NCBI GenBank assembly: GCA_002780175.1
Contig: PEVT01000018.1
Location: 1-38,370, forward strand
DNA length: 38,370 nt
From: Candidatus Moranbacteria bacterium CG06_land_8_20_14_3_00_40_12
GTDB lineage: Bacteria; Patescibacteriota; Minisyncoccia; Moranbacterales; UBA2206
Reading direction: 5' to 3'
The position numbers and the translations under genes are program-made. The first letter of the stretch is position 1. Every line of letters starts with the position of its first letter. The notes under the pieces were generated by a model, which saw nothing but the letters and a program-made list of their open reading frames with translations, was not told the origin of the DNA and did no database searches. Positions 23,259 to 31,310 of this stretch are shown here, piece by piece.

Positions 23259-24245
23259 TTACTTTTCCTGTTTTAAATTCAAACCGAAGTCTCCAATGGC
23301 TTTTTTAATTTCCTTGACTCCTTTGGCTCCGATACCAGCCAAATCAGAAAGTTGCGCTTCGGTCATTTTGACAATATCCCCCACTTTAATTATTTTGCCT
23401 TTTTCCAAAACATTCAAAGTCCGGGTGGAAAGATTTTTCAAATCAACTACCTTAACTGCTTCGGGATTTTCTTTTTTGTCGTTCTTTTTTTCTTCCGGAA
23501 CAATGTCTTTGATTTCTTCTTTGATTGATTTAGTTTCTTTGGCTGATAATTTTTTCATATCTTCCAATTCAGACAAAATAGAAAATTGTTCCACTAAAAT
23601 AGCCACAGCCCGGGCAAAAGCTTCGCTGGGAGTAACGCTGCCATCGGTAGAAATTTCTAAAGCTATTTTTTCGTAATCCGTTTTTTTGCCCACCCGCATA
23701 TTTTCCACTGAATAATTAACTCTGCGAATCGGAGTATAAATAGCATCGATGGCAATTCGGCCAATTTCTTTTTCTCCTCTTTCTTGTTGTTCCACCGGAA
23801 CATAACCAATTCCTTTGCCCACTTCTAATTCTATTTCCAGTTCTCCTTTAGGACTGGTAATGGTAGCGATATGCGCGTCCGGATTTACCACTTCAATTTC
23901 CGAAGAGCATTTGATCATTCCGGCTTTAATTTCTTTTTCACCTTTAACCCTAAGGGTTACTTTTATCGATTCTTCCCGAAAAAGACGAAACCTCACTTGT
24001 TTTAAATTAAGAATGATTTGAATAACATCTTCCAAAACATTAGGAATGGTGGAAAATTCATGAGTAACTCCTTTAATTTTAGCTGAAATAACAGCCGCCC
24101 CTTCCAAAGAAGACAGCAATACCCTTCTTAAAGCATTACCTAAAGTCGTTCCATAACCGGGATAGCAACCTTCGATTTCAAATTTTCCGGTTTTTTCATC
24201 CAATGAAGTAAACTTGGGTTTTTGAGGAATTGCGATGGATTGCAT
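23259..24245 (-). CDS. rpoA: DNA-directed RNA polymerase subunit alpha
   Basis: NTD GYGTTLGNALRRVLLSSLEGAA, and a CTD with LSTRTLNVLEKGKI..VGDIV. The true start is the ATG at 24245 (MQSIAIPQ). The track extension to 24332 reads through a GC palindrome. Confidence 0.93.
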   Translation of the reverse strand: MQSIAIPQKPKFTSLDEKTGKFEIEGCYPGYGTTLGNALRRVLLSSLEGAAVISAKIKGVTHEFSTIPNVLEDVIQIILNLKQVRFRLFREESIKVTLRVKGEKEIKAGMIKCSSEIEVVNPDAHIATITSPKGELEIELEVGKGIGYVPVEQQERGEKEIGRIAIDAIYTPIRRVNYSVENMRVGKKTDYEKIALEISTDGSVTPSEAFARAVAILVEQFSILSELEDMKKLSAKETKSIKEEIKDIVPEEKKNDKKENPEAVKVVDLKNLSTRTLNVLEKGKIIKVGDIVKMTEAQLSDLAGIGAKGVKEIKKAIGDFGLNLKQEK

Positions 24246-24276
24246 TTGTTTTTTCTGTCCATAATCCCGATAGATT

Positions 24277-24302
24277 CCCCGCCTTGCCTGCCGGCAGGCA
24301 GA
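24277..24302. repeat. CTGCCTGCCGGCAGGCAG-type palindrome directly upstream of rpoA
   Basis: CCCCGCCTTGCCTGCCGGCAGGCAG contains a perfect 18-nt palindrome. Related copies lie at 26531-26565, 9913-9937 and 6536-6560. Confidence 0.7.
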
Positions 24303-24350
24303 TTTAGCGGAGCAAGTCGGAATTTGGAACAAAATTAAAATTTTAACCTG

Positions 24351-24989
24351 TTATCTGGAATAATATTCCACGACCATTTGAATATCCACGTCGATTCCGG
24401 AATCCCGCTTAGTGGGTATATTCACGATTTTCCCTTCCAAATTTTCCTTGTTAAAACTGATCCAGTTGGGAAAATTAGTTTTATTTTTTAAAACCTGGCT
24501 CAAATTTTTAAAATAATTTTTTTCTTTTTTAAAAGGATTAATGGAAATGACATCTCCGACCTTGACCGCGAAAGAAGGAATATTCACTCTTCTTCCATTG
24601 ACCATGATTAATCCGTGATTAACGATTTGCCTGGCTTGCGATCGGGAAGAGGCAAAATTAATTCGATATACCGCGTTATCCAGACGCAATTCCAGGCGCG
24701 CAAGCAGCAAATCTCCGGTTATTCCCGGTCTGTTTTTAACCTCATCGAAATGTTTTCTGAATTGCCTTTCCAGGATTCCGTATATCCTCTTGATTTTTTG
24801 TTTAGCCATCAGCTGCATCCCGTATTCGCTTATTCCGGATTTGGATGTTTTATTTTTGCCATGGACTCCAGGAATGGAAGCTCTCCTCACTAAACCGCAT
24901 TTAGCAGTCGCGCAACGATCGCCTTTAAGAAAAAGTTTTTCCATGGCCCGGCGGCATCTTCTGCATTTGGCTTCAATATATCTTCCCAT
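24351..24989 (-). CDS. rpsD: 30S ribosomal protein S4
   Basis: MGRYIEAKCRRCRR...LFLKGDRC...YG.QL..KQK.KR.YG..E.QF, and an S4 RNA-binding domain RLDN.VYR..FA.SR.QARQ.V.HG. Confidence 0.95.
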   Translation of the reverse strand: MGRYIEAKCRRCRRAMEKLFLKGDRCATAKCGLVRRASIPGVHGKNKTSKSGISEYGMQLMAKQKIKRIYGILERQFRKHFDEVKNRPGITGDLLLARLELRLDNAVYRINFASSRSQARQIVNHGLIMVNGRRVNIPSFAVKVGDVISINPFKKEKNYFKNLSQVLKNKTNFPNWISFNKENLEGKIVNIPTKRDSGIDVDIQMVVEYYSR

Positions 24990-25085
24990 AATTAATTAAA
25001 ACAAAATTTAGATTATCAATTGGATTATCAAAAAGTATCGGCGCTGAACAATTATTAAATTCGCTTTTAACGAAATTAAATTAAA

Positions 25086-25595
25086 TTAAACTCTTCTGGG
25101 TTTTTTCGGCCGGCAACCATTATGAGGAATCGGGGTATTATCTTTGATTGAAACCAATTCAAATCCATTGGCGCTTAAAGCCCGAATGGAAGCTTCCCGC
25201 CCGCTGCCCACTCCTTTGACTGATACTTCCAATTCCCTGACTCCGTATTTTTTCGCTTTTTCGCTCACATTAGCCACTACTTGAGTCGCCGCGTAAGGAG
25301 TAGCCTTTTTGGCGCCTTTAAATCCTAAAAGCCCCGAAGAAGACCAGCCTAAAATATTTCCGTTTAAATCAGAAATATTTATCAAGGTATTATTGTAGGT
25401 GCATTGGATATTGACCCGGCCTTTCAAAATTTGCGCCTTGTTTTTTTTGCTCTTTTTTTTCTTTATTTCTTTAACTGCTGATTTTTCTTCGTTTTCTTTT
25501 TTTCCATCATCCAAAGCTCCTGATTTTTTTTCAGTTTCAGCCAATAATTTTTCTTCTTTTTCAATTTTTTCTTTGGACTCTTTTTCTTCCGGCAT
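25086..25595 (-). CDS. rpsK: 30S ribosomal protein S11 with an about 50-aa K/E-rich N-terminal extension
   Basis: The canonical S11 core is NIQCTYNNTLINISD..GN.L.WSS.G..GFKGAKK.TPYAA ... PIPHNGCRPKKPRRV. Confidence 0.94.
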   Translation of the reverse strand: MPEEKESKEKIEKEEKLLAETEKKSGALDDGKKENEEKSAVKEIKKKKSKKNKAQILKGRVNIQCTYNNTLINISDLNGNILGWSSSGLLGFKGAKKATPYAATQVVANVSEKAKKYGVRELEVSVKGVGSGREASIRALSANGFELVSIKDNTPIPHNGCRPKKPRRV

Positions 25596-25671
25596 AAAAT
25601 TATATTCTTTGTCTATAAATTTATTCGCGAGTATTTGAAAAGTAATTTGCGTTGATTCGCGATTTATATCC

Positions 25672-26058
25672 TTAAGTCTTTTCCACCCTTACTCTTCCGC
25701 TACCCATGGTTTTTCTTACATTGCCTCTCACTGTCCGGGTATTGGTTTTGGTTCTTTGCCCGCGGGTGGGCAATCCTTTTTGATGACGAATTCCGCGATA
25801 ACAACTAATTTCCTTAAGACGCTTGATATTGGAGCGGGCGATATGCTTAAGTTCTCCTTCCACGCGTATTTTTTTCTCCACGTATTCCCGAATCCGGTTT
25901 TTTTCTTCTTCCGTCAAATCTCTGGTTCTTTTAAGGCTGGATATCCCTAATTCTTCTAAAATTCGTTTAGCCGTAGTATGACCTATGCCATAAACATAAA
26001 TCAAAGAAACCGCTATTCTTTTTTCATCAGGGATATTAACGCCGGCGATTCTTAACAT
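25672..26058 (-). CDS. rpsM: 30S ribosomal protein S13
   Basis: RIAGVNIP..KR...SL.YVYGIG...A..IL...GI ... YRGIRHQKGLPTRGQRTKTN. Confidence 0.95.
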   Translation of the reverse strand: MLRIAGVNIPDEKRIAVSLIYVYGIGHTTAKRILEELGISSLKRTRDLTEEEKNRIREYVEKKIRVEGELKHIARSNIKRLKEISCYRGIRHQKGLPTRGQRTKTNTRTVRGNVRKTMGSGRVRVEKT

Positions 26059-26113
26059 ATTTTTTTATAAAAATCTTAACCTAAAAGCTAAAACCTATAA
26101 GCTAAAAGCTGTC

Positions 26114-26227
26114 TTAGCCTTGCCTCTGTTTATGTTTAGGATTGGAGCAAACAACAAAAAGTTTGCCTTTTCTCTTGACCAATTTGCATTTATCGCAAAT
26201 TTTTTTCACTGAAGACCTTACTTTCAT
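26114..26227 (-). CDS. rpmJ: 50S ribosomal protein L36 (37 aa; not in the ORF track)
   Basis: Hand translation of the minus strand gives [37 protein letters not shown] plus a stop. This is the canonical L36 with its CxxC...C...H zinc motif, in the expected slot between infA and rpsM. Confidence 0.92.
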   Translation of the reverse strand: MKVRSSVKKICDKCKLVKRKGKLFVVCSNPKHKQRQG

Positions 26228-26228
26228 A

Positions 26229-26450
26229 TTATTTTATCCTCTGGGTTATCCGGCCTTTAGTTAAATCATAGGGACTCATTTCCACTAGCACGCGATCTCC
26301 CGGAATCAAGCGAATATAATTGACTCTCATCCGGCCTGAAATATGAGCTAAAATAAAATGGCCGTTGTCTAATTTAACTTTAAAAGTAGTGCTCGGAAGA
26401 GTTTCCTCCACTATTCCCTCCAGTTTAATTAATTCTTTGTTTTCCGGCAT
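26229..26450 (-). CDS. infA: Translation initiation factor IF-1
   Basis: The S1-like fold is EGIVEETLP...[44 protein letters not shown] prefer the ATG at 26450. The TTG at 26525 is next to a repeat. Confidence 0.92.
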   Translation of the reverse strand: MPENKELIKLEGIVEETLPSTTFKVKLDNGHFILAHISGRMRVNYIRLIPGDRVLVEMSPYDLTKGRITQRIK

Positions 26451-26530
26451 ATAAATAATTAGCGTTAATCCGGAATAAAATCCGGAGTTTATTTCTTTGG
26501 AAAGCCGCGAGATATTAACCAGCAAGCTTG

Positions 26531-26565
26531 CCCGCCCTGCCTACCGGCAGGCAGGCTCTGGCGGG
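26531..26565. repeat. Nested palindrome CCCGCC-CTGCCTACCGGCAGGCAG-GCTCTGGCGGG upstream of infA
   Basis: Outer arms are CCCGCC/GGCGGG, around a member of the CTGCCNNCCGGCAGGCAG family. The outer arms are shared with 22850-22873 (CTTGCCCGCCgtctttGGCGGGAG). Confidence 0.65.
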
Positions 26566-26833
26566 AAAAATTATTCCAATAAAAAAATAGACGGATTTAA
26601 TTCTCACGAGCTGTTATGGCCCCGAGAATCAAAACATTCCTAATTCCTGAATCCGGCCTTACCCGCTATTTTGCGTTCTAAATATTAATTTTTCTAAAAT
26701 TCAATTTTGGACCTTATTTTAATCCCGCTTCGCAGAGCTTTGAGGGACGAGCTCACTTTGAACAAATTCCCGGTTTTTGACGAGGAAATGAATTTAAAGC
26801 TTACTTGAAAGTTAATACTATTTTAACAGCTCT

Positions 26834-28786
26834 TCAGCTATTGTCAAGAGTTATTTCCACCCGGCTTTCATAAGCCGGGATTTTACTGGAAAAAATCAGG
26901 GATGGCCAATATTTAACTTCGACTCCGGTAATTTCCCCGTAATGGCTTAATTGCTCCTTGAGTTCATCTTCGTTTTTACCCAAAATTTCCTTTTTGATGG
27001 CAACCAAATCCAAATCCGCGTTCAGTTTGCCTGTTCCATGAACGCGCACTAAAATTTTCCCGTTAACAAAATCTATATCGGCTTTGCCAAATTCCAGCGC
27101 GAGAGATTCTTCGGAAATTTGATTTTTCCCGTTATTTTTTTCCGTAAAACTTTCAAGGATAACTTTTTTCAAATCGTTTTCGTTAAAAACCAGCGCCGAT
27201 CCTTTGCTTTTTAAATTAAGCGTGAATTTTCCCCCGGTTTGTTCCGTCGGATTAGAAACCGTAAAAGTTAACTCGTCGGAATTTACGGCTTCATCCAAAA
27301 ACACGCTGCCTGCTTCGGCTTCAGCCTTAAGCTTGTCCAGGATTTTGACATTCAATTCTTGCGTCGCTTTGGTTTTCGCCGAAGAGATGTCTTGCTCGGA
27401 AGCCGAGGTGATTTTTTCCAAACTTTCTCCTCCGCCCGTCATGGCTTTAAAAGATTTGCCGTAAAATTTAGTGTATTTGTCGTTGCCGCTGTTTTCGAAT
27501 CCTGGAATAGTAAAATCCGTCGGATTGATATTAAAACTTTCTCCCGCTTCATCCGCCACCACTTCCGCTTCAATCGCCCCCGGCTTGGTTTCTGTTCCCG
27601 ATTTAATCATTCCCGGAACCACTACATTTTGAGACAGACGAAACAGCTTGCCTTCCCGGCTTAAAAACCGGGTAGTCGCCACCAGCGGCTGGCTTTGAAC
27701 GCCGTATTCGTTATAAATAGTGATGGTTCCCCTGGCTTTCTTGCTTAAGGAATTTTTTTCACCGGTAGCGGTGAAAGCGTAGGACAGCTCTTCGGAAACG
27801 GAAATTTTTTTGGCGGGAATTGATTTTGTTTCCGCATTAACCGCTGAATTGCCGACATCGGCTGTGATTTCCGCGTCCACGCTTTGACTTTTCGTTTGAG
27901 AGAGAATTTTCACTGAAGCTTTGGGTAAAAAAAGATACAGCGCCGTTATGATAATCGCCCCGGAAATCAAGCCTCCGAAAATCGGATAAAATTTCCAGGA
28001 ATTTCGGGGAAGCGAAGCGCTGCTTTCTTTTTTCCGGTCATTGTCATCCTTTTTTGGGGAAAAGAATTTTTCCAATTCATCCTTTTTTTTGTTTTCAAAT
28101 TTTTCCGAAATATCCTCCGCTGAAAAAAGCGGTTCCTTTTGGCTGTTTTTTTCCATCCGGGGAAAGTCAATGCTTCTTTCGTTTTTTCTCGTTTCCGGTT
28201 GAAAATCAGCGTTCCCTTTTTGCCGAATATCAATATTTTTGATTAAATCCGCTGAATTGTCATCAAAAAAAATATCTTTTTTAAAGCTTTTTTTATTTAT
28301 TCTTGCTCCAGCAACCAGCTCCCTGTTAATAATTTTTTCTTCCGGAAAAAATTCTTCTTTTGGCGGAGTTTTCTCCATCAGTTGTTCTTCTCCGGTCGCG
28401 AAAAAACTGGCGGAACCGATTCTTTTTATTTCACTTTTGAGATTTTTTTTCTCCTGATCGATATTAACAATCCCTTCCATTCCGATTTTTTCCGATTTTT
28501 GTTTTTCCGCTTCTTCCCATTCCCAATCAAAATCGCTTAATTTCTGACTTACGGTAATACCCGCTTTTTCCACGAGCATTCTTCCCAGTTTGTCTTGAGT
28601 AATTATTAAAATTTCTTTGCCTAAATCATTGGCTTCTTTCTTCAAAAGCTTCAGATTGATTATGCTCTGAATCAGGAGCGCCCGCTTGGGAACAACAATA
28701 AAAACCTCAGTTGATTGAGTTTTTTTAAGTTTTTCAATAATTGAAGTTATTTCCTCATCAATTTCGATATAAAATGTTTCGTGCAT
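26834..28786 (-). CDS. Hypothetical bitopic membrane protein (650 aa): N-terminal cytoplasmic domain, K/E-rich linker, one TM helix, about 360-aa extracytoplasmic domain
   Basis: TM segment WKFYPIFGGLISGAIIITALYLFL near aa 262-285. The extracytoplasmic part (GTITIYNEYGVQSQPLVATTRFLSREGKLFRL...PGAIEAEVVADEAGESFNI) reminds me of segments labelled baseplate-J-like in Patescibacteria. That assignment is unverified. Confidence 0.6.
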   Translation of the reverse strand: MHETFYIEIDEEITSIIEKLKKTQSTEVFIVVPKRALLIQSIINLKLLKKEANDLGKEILIITQDKLGRMLVEKAGITVSQKLSDFDWEWEEAEKQKSEKIGMEGIVNIDQEKKNLKSEIKRIGSASFFATGEEQLMEKTPPKEEFFPEEKIINRELVAGARINKKSFKKDIFFDDNSADLIKNIDIRQKGNADFQPETRKNERSIDFPRMEKNSQKEPLFSAEDISEKFENKKKDELEKFFSPKKDDNDRKKESSASLPRNSWKFYPIFGGLISGAIIITALYLFLPKASVKILSQTKSQSVDAEITADVGNSAVNAETKSIPAKKISVSEELSYAFTATGEKNSLSKKARGTITIYNEYGVQSQPLVATTRFLSREGKLFRLSQNVVVPGMIKSGTETKPGAIEAEVVADEAGESFNINPTDFTIPGFENSGNDKYTKFYGKSFKAMTGGGESLEKITSASEQDISSAKTKATQELNVKILDKLKAEAEAGSVFLDEAVNSDELTFTVSNPTEQTGGKFTLNLKSKGSALVFNENDLKKVILESFTEKNNGKNQISEESLALEFGKADIDFVNGKILVRVHGTGKLNADLDLVAIKKEILGKNEDELKEQLSHYGEITGVEVKYWPSLIFSSKIPAYESRVEITLDNS

Positions 28787-28875
28787 AAAATAATTATATT
28801 AAAAAATTTTACCTCCGCGCCCGCGTTGCTCCTTGCGTCTGCCGACAAAACAAGCAAATCCGCGAGCGTGGAAAT

Positions 28876-30144
28876 CTATTTTTGAATCATTTTAACGGCT
28901 CTTCTTAAAATTCCCGAGAGAATTTTTTCTTCGCCGACAATATCCAGGGCTAAATTAGCCAGGCTCATGGGAGTGATGTCTTGCGGATCTTTTAATTTGC
29001 CTGTTTCGTCGACAATATTCACCACGTCTCTGGGCTGCAGAAAACTCACCTGCAGACTTTTGGAGAAATTCAGGTTTTGGCCGAAACCGTTTTGCGTCAA
29101 AACTTTTTTAATTCCCGGCAAACCCGAGCCGCCTCCGCACAGAAAAAATTTAGAAGGCAAAACATCCGATTCGGCGAATTCTTCCAATGAAAGCTCCACT
29201 CCGCTGCGCCAGACCTGGCAATCATTTTCCAAAATTTTATCTATTTTAAAACCGACGTCCCGGCCTAATTTTCCCTCGGCATATTTTATTTTTAAAACTT
29301 CCGCTTCTTCAAAACCAATGCTTAGTTCCGAAGCCAAACGTTTGGTAAAAGCCCGGCCGCCGAGAGCAAACATTTTAGTTCCTTCCAATCCCCCGTTCCT
29401 CACAACGGCGATGTCTGTGGTTCCTCCGCCGATATCGATAAAAACAGCGCTGAAATCGGAAATATCTCCCACACCCATGGATTTAGCGACGGCATACGGT
29501 TCATCGGCAATGCTCAAAAGATCCAAATTCAGATCTTCGCTGATTGTTTGCAGCGCTCCCAAATGGATCATGGGGGCGTAAGCGTTGAAAACCGAAATGG
29601 AAACATCTTTGCCCTGGAATCCCAACGGATTGCTCACCCGATAACCGTCAATGCGGACGTCCACAATGGCCGCGTTAATCAGCTTGACTTCAATTTCATT
29701 ATGGCCGGTTTCCCAAGCCAGTTGCTGACGAATCCGGTCAAAAGCTTTCCATTGAACTTTCTGAATAATATTCTTCAATTCCGGCAGATCGATTTTTATT
29801 TCCGATTTGATTCTTTCGTAATGAACTGTCGTGGTAGTCCCCTTGACCAGCTCTCCGGCAATGCCGATAACCGCTTTTTCCACTTTTTTTATTCCAGCCA
29901 TTTTATTGGCTTGCGCGATAGCCCTTTGGCAATTTTCCACCACGCCCTTAATGTCCGATACGGCTCCGCTTTGCATATCTTTGAGTCTTTGCCGGACCCG
30001 GCCTACGCCTTTGACTATTCCGTTGCCGGTTTTTTCGTCAATCACAAAAACTAAGGCCTTCGCCACTTCCGTGCCGATATCCAAAGAAAGCAAATAATCG
30101 GAAGGCGAGCCTTTAAAACCTAAAATTTTGGAAAAAATTCCCAT
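28876..30144 (-). CDS. ftsA: FtsA-like actin-fold ATPase
   Basis: Actin/Hsp70-fold phosphate motifs (LSLDIGTEVAKALV, VFIDIGGGTTDIAV, FLCGGGSGLPG), an SHS2-like insert, and a C-terminal amphipathic tail (ILSGILRRAVKMIQK). A PilM-type assignment cannot be excluded. Confidence 0.8.
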   Translation of the reverse strand: MGIFSKILGFKGSPSDYLLSLDIGTEVAKALVFVIDEKTGNGIVKGVGRVRQRLKDMQSGAVSDIKGVVENCQRAIAQANKMAGIKKVEKAVIGIAGELVKGTTTTVHYERIKSEIKIDLPELKNIIQKVQWKAFDRIRQQLAWETGHNEIEVKLINAAIVDVRIDGYRVSNPLGFQGKDVSISVFNAYAPMIHLGALQTISEDLNLDLLSIADEPYAVAKSMGVGDISDFSAVFIDIGGGTTDIAVVRNGGLEGTKMFALGGRAFTKRLASELSIGFEEAEVLKIKYAEGKLGRDVGFKIDKILENDCQVWRSGVELSLEEFAESDVLPSKFFLCGGGSGLPGIKKVLTQNGFGQNLNFSKSLQVSFLQPRDVVNIVDETGKLKDPQDITPMSLANLALDIVGEEKILSGILRRAVKMIQK

Positions 30145-30238
30145 ACTGAAAAAACTTTACACCTATTTTCTAAGTTTATTATACAATAAAAAAGCCGCTA
30201 ATACAACAATAATGGGCAACGAGGGTTTTAAAAGAGAT

Positions 30239-30273
30239 GCATCACCAAAATACGGCCGTTGCTGAAATGACAC
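30239..30273. repeat. ACGGCCGT-centred palindrome, site 1 (mosaic half-sites A plus B)
   Basis: GCATCACCAAAATACGGCCGTTGCTGAAATGACAC. The left half resembles site 2 and the right half resembles site 3. Confidence 0.65.
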
Positions 30274-30282
30274 ATTGGTATT

Positions 30283-30843
30283 TCAAACAGATTTAAAAAA
30301 ATGTTTTTTAATCTTATCTTCATTGTCAACTTTAGTAGCCGTGATCACCCGCACATAAGGTTTTGCGGAATAAAGCGCCACTAATTCTAAAATCGGCTTC
30401 TCAAATGGATACGGAGAAATAAAAACACTATATTGGAGTTTGAAAAAATCCAGAGCGCGTAAATGTTCCCGCAAAATATCGCGGAATACCCGGTCTTTTT
30501 CCGGAATATCAAAAAGGACAATCCGCCATTTTCCATCCCAGCGCTTAGGCTTTGGAAAATTTATATAATTACCTAAAAGACTCGCAATTTTTGCTTGCTT
30601 TTTCCCTTCTTCCGTCAATTCCAGCTTGAAAGAACCGTTTGGCAAAATTTTCTCTTCAATTAATTTTTCCCGGGAAAGCCGATGAATTGAGCGCTCAAAA
30701 TTGCGCTGATCTGTCTCTTTCCACTCTTTTTTAATTTTACGAAACGTCTGAAAATATTGCCGGGGCGAAGCGGAAAAACCCAACGCCACACCGCCTAAAA
30801 GCGTTAAGACGATTTTCTTTTGCACCGGTCCGAATTTATACAT
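30283..30843 (-). CDS. wHTH plus Cas2-fold (PaaX-type) putative transcriptional regulator (186 aa)
   Basis: WDGKWRIVLFDIPEKDRVFRDILREHLRALDFFKLQYSVFISPYP is the beta-alpha-beta pattern shared by Cas2 and the PaaX central domain. The N-terminal part looks like a winged helix. Confidence 0.65.
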   Translation of the reverse strand: MYKFGPVQKKIVLTLLGGVALGFSASPRQYFQTFRKIKKEWKETDQRNFERSIHRLSREKLIEEKILPNGSFKLELTEEGKKQAKIASLLGNYINFPKPKRWDGKWRIVLFDIPEKDRVFRDILREHLRALDFFKLQYSVFISPYPFEKPILELVALYSAKPYVRVITATKVDNEDKIKKHFFKSV

Positions 30844-30852
30844 AAATCTATC

Positions 30853-30886
30853 GTATCACCAAACCACGGCCGTAGATTGGTGATAC
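30853..30886. repeat. ACGGCCGT-centred palindrome, site 2 (A plus A')
   Basis: GTATCACCAAACCACGGCCGTAGATTGGTGATAC, with arms GTATCACCAA/TTGGTGATAC. It lies in the spacer upstream of the PaaX-type gene. Confidence 0.7.
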
Positions 30887-30921
30887 ATCAAAGTCTTACT
30901 AAAGTCCGGATCCTAAAAAGC

Positions 30922-31278
30922 TTAATCTGCGTCTTTTAAATCATCAAAAATAGTCACCTTGCCTTTTTCTTCATACTCTCCGGCTTCCCAGCCGTCATAA
31001 ACAAATTTATCTCCGTCTTGATCAAAAAAAAGAGCGGTTTTTTGGTCGATAATAATTTTAAATCCACGACCATGACCTTTGGCCGGAATAAGATCAATTC
31101 GCCGGCTTTGAGAAAAAATCTCGTGAAGTTTTTCCGCTTGTTCTGTTTTCGCTCCATATTTCCATTTTAAAATCAATACTATGAGACGCGGACAATATTT
31201 AGCCAAAAAGCGCATTGTATGGGATTTATATCGCGGCAACTCAATATCTTCATCCTCTGAATTTTCTGCGTCAAACAT
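30922..31278 (-). CDS. Hypothetical acidic protein (about 118 aa; start uncertain)
   Basis: The ORF is open from a GTG at 31305, and the first ATG is at 31278 (MFDAENSEDED...). I recognise no family. Confidence 0.45.
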   Translation of the reverse strand: MFDAENSEDEDIELPRYKSHTMRFLAKYCPRLIVLILKWKYGAKTEQAEKLHEIFSQSRRIDLIPAKGHGRGFKIIIDQKTALFFDQDGDKFVYDGWEAGEYEEKGKVTIFDDLKDAD

Positions 31279-31310
31279 AAATTTACTAAAAATATTTATT
31301 CGCACAAATT

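Noticed and set aside
24246-24332. N-terminal extensions in the ORF track for rpoA (to 24332), infA (to 26525), yidD (to 10133), the DUF45 gene (to 21684), the four-helix-bundle gene (to 4402) and the membrane partner gene (to 37184).
   Set aside because: The extensions start at TTG/GTG codons or read straight through palindromic repeat DNA, giving PACRQAG- or VIPV-type pseudo-peptides. Conserved family N-termini begin at internal ATGs, and I used those.
26566-26833. The 270-nt non-coding gap upstream of infA, considered as a structured RNA gene (SRP, 6S or RNase P) or as a remnant of secY/adk/map.
   Set aside because: I could find no conserved RNA motifs (for example the SRP GGAA/AGCA domain IV) and no residual protein similarity by eye. 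Only short local hairpins are present (ATTCTC...GAGAAT, AGCTcttcAGCT). I cannot support a call without a covariance-model scan such as an Rfam search of both strands.
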